Source of the DNA: a virus
Taxonomy: Duplodnaviria > Caudoviricetes
Length of the DNA: 40,884 bases
Virus record (IMG/VR): IMGVR_UViG_3300037423_001031
Coordinates: 1 to 40,884 of that record
Strand: one strand, 5' to 3'
Shown piece by piece: positions 26,111-33,587 of the stretch (within the stretch, counting starts at the first letter, position 1; each line of letters starts with the position of its first letter). A program made the translations under genes and the position numbers. The notes below the pieces were generated by a model. That model was not told the origin of the DNA and searched no databases. It was given only the letters and a program-made list of their open reading frames with translations.

Positions 26111-26404
26111 CAGTGTACCCCTTGGGGGTGCACTGCATGGGTACACTGCCTGGGTACACTGCAGCAAGTCCTTGATTCATAAGGCTTTTTAGCCATTACA
26201 GTGTACCGTGTACCCTAGTGTAGGCATTTAGACATTTGGGGGATGGATGTAACACAGTGGTTACTTGTTCGACCTTAAATAGGGACCCCACTGCACTGGG
26301 GTGCACTGCCGGTCCAAAAATGCCGAAAAACCTAAGCGTGACAAGCACTTAGGGACAGTGCACCCCCAGTGCACCCCGGTACACTGCCGCCAGGGGGTGC
26401 ACTG
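26111..26404. repeat. Cluster of GG(G)TRCACTG repeats in both orientations around an AT-richer core (putative replication origin)
   Basis: About ten copies in 300 non-coding bp; IHF-consensus match at 26165-26177 (- strand AATCAAGGACTTG). Confidence 0.7.
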
Positions 26405-26506
26405 CCGGCCCCACCGAGCCCCACCACCGCCACCCGCGCACTATTCACGCGGGCCAGGCATACACGCGCGCTTACAATCCCATAATTGAAATTTACAGGT
26501 GGGAAT

Positions 26507-26992
26507 ATGGCATTGCCGGCCAGCGTGCGAGAAATTGCGGAGGTTATCGGGATCGAGCGGGCACTGTATCTAGTCGGACAGTTGCCGCGCTGCCTCATGC
26601 GGGATAAACGCTACCCCGGCGCCATGGCCGCCCATGTGATTCTGTACGTCCCTGAAGTTATGACCCCGCAGCATGAGTTAGTCCGCATCCTCGGATGGGA
26701 CGATGCTGTGAAACTGTCCCGCGCTTTCGGCGGGGAAATACTCCAGCCGGGGAGCTGCCAGGAGGTTTACCGGCGGTGGAGGGACCAGGCCATCCGGGAA
26801 TTCTCGCAACGGGGTTTTGCCCGCAAAGACATTGCCGAATGGTTTGGAATTTCAGAACGAATGGTTAGCAACATACGCGCTGGATTCGTGGCGTGTGAAA
26901 TCCCACAAGAGGCCCGCCAGGCTGCAAACGATGACCATTGCCCGGTTATTAACGACCAGGCAGCGGCATGCAAAACGCAGCGGAGGAAATAG
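26507..26992 (+). CDS. Mor/C-family (phage Mu-like) transcription activator, candidate late regulator
   Basis: LPASVREIAEVIGIERAL, LYVP, LSRAFGGEIL, RDQAIR and KDIAEWFGISERMVSNI (HTH); sits immediately before the lysis and structural genes. Confidence 0.8.
   Translation: MALPASVREIAEVIGIERALYLVGQLPRCLMRDKRYPGAMAAHVILYVPEVMTPQHELVRILGWDDAVKLSRAFGGEILQPGSCQEVYRRWRDQAIREFSQRGFARKDIAEWFGISERMVSNIRAGFVACEIPQEARQAANDDHCPVINDQAAACKTQRRK
26897..26938 (+). promoter_or_regulatory. Conserved motif copy 3 plus -10-like hexamer (lysis/terminase operon)
   Basis: Motif at 26897-26914 inside the activator 3' end, GACCAT at 26933-26938, holin ATG at 26968. Confidence 0.7.
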
Positions 26993-27219
26993 GCAACGGG
27001 GCGGCATCTGCTGCTGTGGCGGCGACGTACAAAAGCGCGCCGCCTGTTGTAGTCAGCGGCCTGGCGGTGGCCGGAATCAGTTTGCAGGAATGGGTGTACG
27101 TCCTGACGGTGGTTTGGCTGGTCTTGCAAATGATCGGCTGGACGTGGGACCGATTCATCAAGGCCCGCCGCGACCTGGCTGAACTGGAGGCGTTGACGGG
27201 CGGGGAGGGCGCCAAGTGA
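26968..27219 (+). CDS. Holin
   Basis: 83 aa with hydrophobic segments (APPVVVSGLAVAGISLQEWVYVLTVVWLVLQMIGW), overlapping the endolysin start. Confidence 0.8.
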   Translation: MQNAAEEIGNGAASAAVAATYKSAPPVVVSGLAVAGISLQEWVYVLTVVWLVLQMIGWTWDRFIKARRDLAELEALTGGEGAK

Positions 27220-27719
27220 GCCCCACCACCACCCGCGTGGCAGTGGCCGCGCTGACCCTTTCCGCGGCCGGGTTTGTGGGCCTGGTCCAGCGCGAGGGGA
27301 TCGAGCTGAAAGCTTATGCGGACCCGGTGCATGGGTGGGCCGTCCCCACCATCGGCGCCGGGTCCACTGAGGGCGTGAAGCGCGGCGACACCATCACGCC
27401 AGTGGGCGCGGTGGTTCGGACCTTGCGCGAGGCCCAGACCTACGAAAACAGTTTGCGGGGGTGCATCACCGCGCCCCTGGCACAGGCGGAATTCGACGCC
27501 TACACGCAACTAGCCCACAACATCGGTGGGCGCGCGTTCTGTACGTCCACCATCGTGAAGCGCGTGAACGCGCTGGATTACCGGGGCGGATGCAATGCCA
27601 TCCTGCTCTGGAACCGCGCGGGTTCGCAAATCTGTTCCGAGCCAGGAAACAAGGTTTGCGGCGGCCTTTGGAAGGACCGCCAGCGCATCCATTCCCTGTG
27701 CATGGAGGCGAACCCATGA
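27216..27719 (+). CDS. SAR-type endolysin (GH24 lysozyme)
   Basis: N-terminal weakly hydrophobic RVAVAALTLSAAGFVGLV; catalytic region EG...AYAD...PTIGAGST; HNIGGRAFCTST and GLWKDR motifs. Confidence 0.9.
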   Translation: MSPTTTRVAVAALTLSAAGFVGLVQREGIELKAYADPVHGWAVPTIGAGSTEGVKRGDTITPVGAVVRTLREAQTYENSLRGCITAPLAQAEFDAYTQLAHNIGGRAFCTSTIVKRVNALDYRGGCNAILLWNRAGSQICSEPGNKVCGGLWKDRQRIHSLCMEANP

Positions 27720-27796
27720 CCAGCGTTTGCATTGCCGCGTGGCTGGTCCTGTCTGCGGCGCGGTCCCTGTGGCAACGCATCCGGGGCCGCAAGTGA
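27716..27796 (+). CDS. 26-aa hydrophobic/cationic peptide
   Basis: GGAGG SD, ATGA overlap with the endolysin stop; MTSVCIAAWLVLSAARSLWQRIRGRK. Confidence 0.5.
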   Translation: MTSVCIAAWLVLSAARSLWQRIRGRK

Positions 27797-27966
27797 AGCC
27801 CGGCTTCTGTATCCGCTGCGGCTTTCGACTGCACCGGAGCAGGCAAACCGGGAAATTGATTTTCAGCACCGTCCAGCGCGAAGGAAAGCGTTTCAAGGCC
27901 CACGGTTATTGCGTGGCACCGGCGCGCGCGGACGGATACGTGGAAGCGAAGGGGAAAGAAAAATGA
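27793..27966 (+). CDS. 57-aa putative Zn-binding microprotein
   Basis: GTGA overlap; MKPGFCIRCGFRL...AHGYC. Confidence 0.55.
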   Translation: MKPGFCIRCGFRLHRSRQTGKLIFSTVQREGKRFKAHGYCVAPARADGYVEAKGKEK

Positions 27967-28055
27967 TTCTGCTGCTGGGTGTTTTTGCCATCGTGGTGAA
28001 TGCGGGCCTGCAAGGCGCGTTCAAGGCTTACGCGCTGTGGACGGGGGCGTGGTGA
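27963..28055 (+). CDS. 30-aa hydrophobic peptide
   Basis: ATGA overlap; MILLLGVFAIVVNAGLQGAFKAYALWTGAW. Confidence 0.5.
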   Translation: MILLLGVFAIVVNAGLQGAFKAYALWTGAW

Positions 28056-28213
28056 AACCGCATATCAAGCTGAACGGCGGCCATTGGCTTTGCAAGTCCA
28101 GCCCGCGCCATATGCACGGGTATGCGGGCGCCACCCCGATGGAGGCTTACCAGGCGTGGCAGCGGGCGACGACACCGCCGGAGCGGCGGGCCTTCTGGAC
28201 GTTGCAACCGTGA
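28052..28213 (+). CDS. 53-aa microprotein (paralogue A)
   Basis: GTGA overlap; MKPHIKLNGGHWLCKSSPRHMHGYAGATPMEAYQAW...; absent from the supplied ORF track. Confidence 0.6.
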   Translation: MKPHIKLNGGHWLCKSSPRHMHGYAGATPMEAYQAWQRATTPPERRAFWTLQP

Positions 28214-28356
28214 AGCCCCGCATTCGTATCCACCGCCGTGGCGGGGGCGGCCTGTGGGAGTGCTTCACGCCGGGCGTGTACCTGCAAACCGTTTGCCTCG
28301 GACTGTCCCCGCGCCTGGCTTACCTGGACTGGGCGCGCTTCAAAGGGGGGCGCTGA
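28210..28356 (+). CDS. 48-aa microprotein (paralogue B)
   Basis: GTGA overlap; MKPRIRIHRRGGGGLWECFTPGVYLQTVCLGLSPRLAYLDWARFKGGR. Confidence 0.6.
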   Translation: MKPRIRIHRRGGGGLWECFTPGVYLQTVCLGLSPRLAYLDWARFKGGR

Positions 28357-28718
28357 TGCTGCAAGCGGTTTGCATGGTGGTGGTGGCCGTCCTGCTGGTG
28401 GTGGGGCTGGTGGTGTGGCAGTGCCTCGCATGGAGCAGGGACCAGGCGCGCATGGCGGCCAGGTATGAGCGGAGCAGGGGGCAGGGCATGGACGTGGCGG
28501 CGGAGATGCTGCGAGCTGGTGGACAGGTGCCACCGCGCCGCAATCCATTTGCGCCGCCGTTCATCCCGCAGCCTGAGCCCGAGCGGCGGGGCCAATGGCT
28601 GGCCGCCGGCTACCCGCCGCCGCCCCCGCGGCCCACCGCGCCCCTGGCCTGCGCCCACTGCGGCGCACCAGGCTGGGGCGGCGAGGCAAAACGCGTGGGT
28701 CCTTCCCAGGGGGCCTAG
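28356..28718 (+). CDS. Membrane-anchored Pro-rich protein with C-terminal CxxC
   Basis: TGATG overlap; N-terminal TM segment VCMVVVAVLLVVGLVVW; CAHCGAP near the C-terminus. Confidence 0.55.
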   Translation: MLQAVCMVVVAVLLVVGLVVWQCLAWSRDQARMAARYERSRGQGMDVAAEMLRAGGQVPPRRNPFAPPFIPQPEPERRGQWLAAGYPPPPPRPTAPLACAHCGAPGWGGEAKRVGPSQGA

Positions 28719-28742
28719 CCTGCGGGGGCATTGCCACCGCGG
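28697..28742 (+). other. Candidate lambda-like cos site (cosQ plus cosN)
   Basis: GGGTCCT at 28697-28703, then TGCGG-GGGCATTGCCAC-CGCGG (28721-28742), 60 nt before the small terminase ATG. Confidence 0.65.
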
Positions 28743-28801
28743 CATTTCAGTTGTGCGTGCCCTTTCGGACGCGGTTTTATGTTTCTACTTCAGGGGCCGG
28801 C

Positions 28802-29338
28802 ATGGCGGGGAATGAGCGGGGCCAGCGTGTAAACCGGAGTCAACTGGCGGACGTGTTCGGGGTGAGCCTGCCCACCGTTGACAACTGGGTGAAGGCCGGG
28901 GCGCCTGTGGTCCAGCGCGGGAGCCGCGGGACGGAATGGGTGTTCAACACCGCGGACGTGGCGCGCTGGATGAAGGACCGCGCGGTGGAGTCCGCCACCG
29001 GCACCGCCACCGCCGACGAGGCGGAGCTGAACCGCCGCAGGATGCGCGCGGAAACCGAGCGGGCGGAACTGGCACTGGCGAAGGATAAAAACCAGGTGGC
29101 ACCGCTGGACCAGGTGGAGCGGATGGTTTCCCGCGCGTTCAGCCAGGTCCGCGCGGGCATGCGCAACATTCCCGGCCGGGTGGTGGCGGCGCTGATCGGG
29201 GAAACCGACGAAAGGACGTTCAAACGCATCCTGCTGGAGGAAATCGACCAGGTGTTAGAGAACCTGGCAAACGCTGACCTGGCCGGAAGCGACGAGGACG
29301 GCGACGAGGACGAGGACGGCGAAGGGGACCCCGATTGA
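28802..29338 (+). CDS. Terminase small subunit (lambda Nu1-like)
   Basis: VNRSQLADVFGVSLPTVDNWVKAGAPV..RGSRGTEWVFNTADVARW winged HTH followed by a coiled coil. Confidence 0.92.
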   Translation: MAGNERGQRVNRSQLADVFGVSLPTVDNWVKAGAPVVQRGSRGTEWVFNTADVARWMKDRAVESATGTATADEAELNRRRMRAETERAELALAKDKNQVAPLDQVERMVSRAFSQVRAGMRNIPGRVVAALIGETDERTFKRILLEEIDQVLENLANADLAGSDEDGDEDEDGEGDPD

Positions 29339-31419
29339 AACCCGCGGATTTCAGCAACGCGGCGGGCCTGGCCGCGGTTATCGGCCGGGGCGCTGAATTC
29401 CTGCGCCCGCCGCCGGACCTGAAACCGTCCGAGTGGGCGGAATCCCCCGGCGGAATGAAAATCCCGGAGGGGAACGCGGTTCCTGGTCCGTACCGGCTAT
29501 TTAATGCCCCTTACCAGCGTGAGCCAATGGATATGCTGGTGGACCCGGACTGTTACCGGGTGACCCTTATGTGGGGCGCGCAGGTGGGTAAAACCCTGCT
29601 TGCCCTGGCTTGCCAGGCTTATTGCATATCCCTGCAACCGCGTTCACAGATAATGATGCAACCCAGCCAAGGCGATTTAGCCACCTGGCTGGAAACGAAA
29701 TTTAACCCGCTGGTGGAGTCCACCCCCAGCGTGCGCCGCCTGGTGGCGAAACCCCGCGGGCGCAAAGGCGTGAATAACGGCCGGATGAAATCCTATCCGG
29801 GCGGATTCATCATGTTTTCCTGGAGCGGGTCCCCCAAGACTATGCGGGGCCGCTCCGCGCCGCTTATCGTTTGCGATGAAATCGACGGTTACGAGGTAAC
29901 CGCTGAAGGCCATCCGGTGGGCCTGCTGTGGCAGCGCGCCGCCACTTTCGGGGACCAGCGGTTTTTGCTGGAAATCAGCACCCCGACCACCAAGGACGAT
30001 TCACATATTGAAGCCGCGTTCCTGGCGGGGGACCAGCGGCGGTTTTATGTCCGCTGCCCGCATTGCGAGCACGCGCAAACCCTGCGGTGGGGGCAAGTCC
30101 GCTGGAGCGGGCGCCAGTCCACCGATATTGCAGACGCGGAAAAGGACCTGGCGGACCTGGATTCCCACCAAGCTGAAACGTCCCGCTACCTGTGCGAGGC
30201 CGCGGACTGCGGCGCACTGTGGAGCGACGGCGAACGAATTGCGGCCATCCGCAACGCGGAGGCGCTGGGCGCGGGGTGGCGAGCTGCAAAGCCTTTCAAG
30301 GGGCACGCGTCATACCACCTGAACGAGCTTTACAGCACGTTCCGCCGCCTGCGCGATATTGTCCAGTCCTACCTGGACAAGCAAGCCACCGACGATTTAC
30401 AGACATTCGTAAACGTGTCCCTGGCCCAAACATGGGAAGAAAAGGGGGACAAGGCGGACGCGGGCGCGCTGATGACGCGGCGCGAGGAATACCCCGCGCA
30501 GATTCCCATGGGCGGCCTGTATGTGACTGCGGGAATCGACATGCAAAACGACCGCTTAGAAGTGGAAATCGTGGCGTGGGGCGAGGCGGAGGAATCATGG
30601 TCCGTGGATTACCGGGTGTTATGGGGGGACACGCTCCAGCAAGACGTGTGGGACGAGCTGGACGCGCTGCTGGAGGAAACCTTTACCCATGAATCCGGCG
30701 CCGTCCTGCCGATTTCCGCGGCCTGCCTGGACACCGGCGGCAACGCGGGCCATACCCAACGCGCCTACGATTACGCGCGGGGGAAAACCGGCCGGCGACT
30801 GTTTGCAATCAAGGGGCAAGGCGGGTGGGCCGTCCCGGTGGTGACCGCGCCGCAGCGCAAGCAATCCGGCAAAAAGGGTCGCAAAGTGGACCTGTTCATT
30901 GTCGGCACGGACGAGGCAAAACTTATCGTTATGCGGCGCCTCGGACGCCTGCAACGTGGTCCGGGGTTCTGTCATTTCCCCGAAACGGGCGCATCCGGCC
31001 ATATCTACGGGCGCGAGCATTTCGACCAATTGACAGCGGAACGCCTGGTGACCAGGTATGTAAAGGGCCAGCCCATCCGGGAATGGCATAAGGCGGACCG
31101 CGCCAGAAACGAGGCGCTGGATTGCCGGGTTTACGCGCTGGCCGCACTGAAAATCATGAACCCGAGTTTCAAGCGCCTGCGCATGAAGTTGATTCCGCCA
31201 GGCTGGAAACCACCGGAGCCCACCCCGGTGGAGCTGGTGGACCAGGCGCCCACCCCGGCCACCCGGCCGAAATTGCCCGCGCCCACCCCGGCCAGGCCGC
31301 AGGAAATCCCACAAGAGGCCGCAAACGAGCCGGCCCCGGAAACTGCGCCCACTGTCAAAAAGCGTTCCAGCGGTTTGGGGCGGCGCAAGGCGGGCGGGGG
31401 CTGGGTTCGCAACTGGTAA
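29335..31419 (+). CDS. Terminase large subunit (lambda gpA family)
   Basis: PYQREPMD, GAQVGKT, LIVCDEID, ISTPT, GDQRRFYVRCPHC, TAGIDMQ, CLDTGG and RNEALDCRVYA motifs. Confidence 0.96.
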   Translation: MKPADFSNAAGLAAVIGRGAEFLRPPPDLKPSEWAESPGGMKIPEGNAVPGPYRLFNAPYQREPMDMLVDPDCYRVTLMWGAQVGKTLLALACQAYCISLQPRSQIMMQPSQGDLATWLETKFNPLVESTPSVRRLVAKPRGRKGVNNGRMKSYPGGFIMFSWSGSPKTMRGRSAPLIVCDEIDGYEVTAEGHPVGLLWQRAATFGDQRFLLEISTPTTKDDSHIEAAFLAGDQRRFYVRCPHCEHAQTLRWGQVRWSGRQSTDIADAEKDLADLDSHQAETSRYLCEAADCGALWSDGERIAAIRNAEALGAGWRAAKPFKGHASYHLNELYSTFRRLRDIVQSYLDKQATDDLQTFVNVSLAQTWEEKGDKADAGALMTRREEYPAQIPMGGLYVTAGIDMQNDRLEVEIVAWGEAEESWSVDYRVLWGDTLQQDVWDELDALLEETFTHESGAVLPISAACLDTGGNAGHTQRAYDYARGKTGRRLFAIKGQGGWAVPVVTAPQRKQSGKKGRKVDLFIVGTDEAKLIVMRRLGRLQRGPGFCHFPETGASGHIYGREHFDQLTAERLVTRYVKGQPIREWHKADRARNEALDCRVYALAALKIMNPSFKRLRMKLIPPGWKPPEPTPVELVDQAPTPATRPKLPAPTPARPQEIPQEAANEPAPETAPTVKKRSSGLGRRKAGGGWVRNW
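31303..31344 (+). promoter_or_regulatory. Conserved motif copy 4 plus -10-like hexamer (head genes)
   Basis: Motif at 31303-31320 within the low-complexity TerL tail, GAAACT at 31339-31344. Confidence 0.65.
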
Positions 31420-31479
31420 CGGGGCGGCCCGCGCACCAGGCCGCGGCCCGCGGCGGCCCGCTGGACATAAGGGCCGCCG

Positions 31480-32013
31480 ATGCAATCAAAAATCACCGCG
31501 GGGGACACCCTGGCGTTTTCCACCCCGGCCCCGGATCACCCGGCGGGCCAGGGCTGGAAACTGTTTCACCGCCTGGTCCCGGCCGCCGCTGGTGGGGCCG
31601 CCATCCTGCTGGAATCTGAGCCGGCCGGCGACGACCACCGCACCACCGCCACCGCAGACGAAACCGCCACCTGGCCGCCTGGCGCCTACACCTGGTTTTG
31701 CTGGGCGGAGCGCATGGGCGCGCGGCAAACCCTGTCCAGCGGCCAGGCCACTGTCCTGGCGGACCCGGCGACCATGGCCGCGGGCGCGGACACGCGTTCC
31801 CACGCGCGCAAGGTCCTGGACGCCATCCAGGCGGTGATTGAAAAGCGCGCCACGCTGGACCAGGAGCGTTACACGGTCCTGGGCCGCGAACTGTGGCGCA
31901 CCCCCATTCCCGACCTATTGAAGCTGCGCGGCACTTACGCGGCCATGGTCCGCCGCGAAGAACGCAAAGCCGCTGGGCGTCCGCTTATCGGCGCAATCCG
32001 GGTGCGAATCTGA
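31480..32013 (+). CDS. Head completion/head-tail joining protein (gpW-like C-terminus)
   Basis: Between TerL and portal; RSHARKVLDAIQAVIEKRA...YTVLGRELWRTPIPDLLKLR. Confidence 0.75.
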   Translation: MQSKITAGDTLAFSTPAPDHPAGQGWKLFHRLVPAAAGGAAILLESEPAGDDHRTTATADETATWPPGAYTWFCWAERMGARQTLSSGQATVLADPATMAAGADTRSHARKVLDAIQAVIEKRATLDQERYTVLGRELWRTPIPDLLKLRGTYAAMVRREERKAAGRPLIGAIRVRI

Positions 32014-33587
32014 TGAACCTGTTTTCCATTTTCCGCCGCGAGGCGCCCGAGGCCACCACGGCGGCCCCCGCCACCGACCTGGCCGCCACCGAGGACGCCC
32101 CGCGGACCCGCCACACCTGGCGCCGCGCGCTGGCCCGCGCGTGGGAATCCCATTTCAGTGGGTCCAATAATGACCGGCTGACCGCATCGTGGCCGTCCAC
32201 CCCCGTCCCGGCGGATTGGATCATTACCCGCCACCAGCGCGTCCTGGTGGCGCGAAGCCGCCAGCAATGCACGGAAAACGGCTATGCGCGCCAATTCCTG
32301 CGGCTTTGCCGGCAAAACATCATCGGTCCGCATGGAATCCAGTTGCGCCCGCAAGTCACGAATGCGGCCGGCGAGCTGGACGAGGCTATCAATTCCGCCA
32401 TTCAGGCCGCGTGGAAAGAGTGGGGCAAGAAAAAGAATTGCGACGTGGCGGGGAAAAAGTCCTGGCGCAATTTTGAACTGTCCGCGGTTCAGAATGCGGG
32501 CAAGGACGGGGAATTCATGTTCCGCAAAATCTACGGTCCGGCCGCCGGTCCGTGGGGTTTCGCGCTGCAATATATCGATCCGCAACGATGCCCGGTGGTG
32601 GAGCTGGACGTTTCGCGCACCACCGCCGGAACGTTCATCCGGCATGGAATCGAATTCAACCGATATGGCCGGCCGCTGGCGTATTTTTTTACCACTGATA
32701 ACGAGGCGGAGGCGGATTATTTCTATGGTGGGCGCCATTATGTGAGGGTCCCGGCGGACGAAATAATCCATGGTTTCAAGGACGAGTTAGGCGGGCAAAA
32801 GCGCGGTTTGCCGTGGATTGCGACGGGTATTTATAAGCTGCGGCATGTGGGAGGCATGGAGGACGCGGCGGTGGTGAATGCCCGCGTGGGCGCCGCGAAA
32901 ATGGGCGTTATCGAGTGGGAGGAAAACACCGGGCCGGAGCTGGACGAGGACGAGGAACTGGAGATTGATGCGGAGGCGGGGACGTTCCCGGTTCTGCCCG
33001 AGGGTGCCAGGCTGAAGGAATGGAACCCGCAATATCCGTCCGGCGAGTTTGCACCGTTCACCAAGCATCTGTTGCGCGCCATTGCGGCCGGCTGGGGGGT
33101 CCTTTACAACACGCTGGCAAATGACCTGGAAGGCGTGAATTTCTCCAGCATCCGCCAGGGCACGCTGGACGAGCGGGAACGGTGGAAAGAGGATCAAGAG
33201 TGGATTGCGGAGGCGCTGCACCAGGAAGTCTTTGAATCCTGGCTGGCGGTGGCCCTGCTGTCCGGCCGCATCAAGGTGAAGGGGCAACCGCTCCAGGCCA
33301 CCAGCCTGGAACGATGCCAGGCGGTGGAATGGCAACCCCGGCGCTGGACCTGGATTGACCCCGGCGCGGACGTAAAGGCCGCGGTTGATTCCAAAAACAA
33401 TTTGCTGAAAAGCCCCGGCGAAATCGTCCGCGAAGGCGGGCGCGACCCGTCCGCGGTTTACCGAGAAATTGCGCGTGATATTAGGGAAATGCAGGCCGCG
33501 GGCATCCCGGACGAATATATAAAACTTGCCTTTGGGCAAAAACTGGAACCGGCGGCGAAGCCGAAAAAAGAGGAAGCGACGGCATGA
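32013..33587 (+). CDS. Portal protein, lambda family
   Basis: TGATG overlap; NGYARQFL..NIIGPHG, HGIEFNRYGRPLAY, GQKRGLPW, DLEGVNFSSIRQG and WTWIDP motifs. Confidence 0.95.
   Translation: MNLFSIFRREAPEATTAAPATDLAATEDAPRTRHTWRRALARAWESHFSGSNNDRLTASWPSTPVPADWIITRHQRVLVARSRQQCTENGYARQFLRLCRQNIIGPHGIQLRPQVTNAAGELDEAINSAIQAAWKEWGKKKNCDVAGKKSWRNFELSAVQNAGKDGEFMFRKIYGPAAGPWGFALQYIDPQRCPVVELDVSRTTAGTFIRHGIEFNRYGRPLAYFFTTDNEAEADYFYGGRHYVRVPADEIIHGFKDELGGQKRGLPWIATGIYKLRHVGGMEDAAVVNARVGAAKMGVIEWEENTGPELDEDEELEIDAEAGTFPVLPEGARLKEWNPQYPSGEFAPFTKHLLRAIAAGWGVLYNTLANDLEGVNFSSIRQGTLDERERWKEDQEWIAEALHQEVFESWLAVALLSGRIKVKGQPLQATSLERCQAVEWQPRRWTWIDPGADVKAAVDSKNNLLKSPGEIVREGGRDPSAVYREIARDIREMQAAGIPDEYIKLAFGQKLEPAAKPKKEEATA

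Noticed and set aside
26111-26404. CRISPR array or telomere-resolution site
   Set aside because: Repeats are about 10 bp, irregularly spaced and in both orientations. There is no cas or protelomerase gene and no long perfect palindrome.
26477-26486. Seventh copy of the 18-bp motif upstream of the activator (AATCCCATAA)
   Set aside because: Only a partial match that lacks the GAGGCC half; too weak to call.
28595-28801. Longer N-terminus for the small terminase in the ORF track
   Set aside because: It spans the candidate cos region and another gene; Nu1-like sequence starts at ATG 28802.
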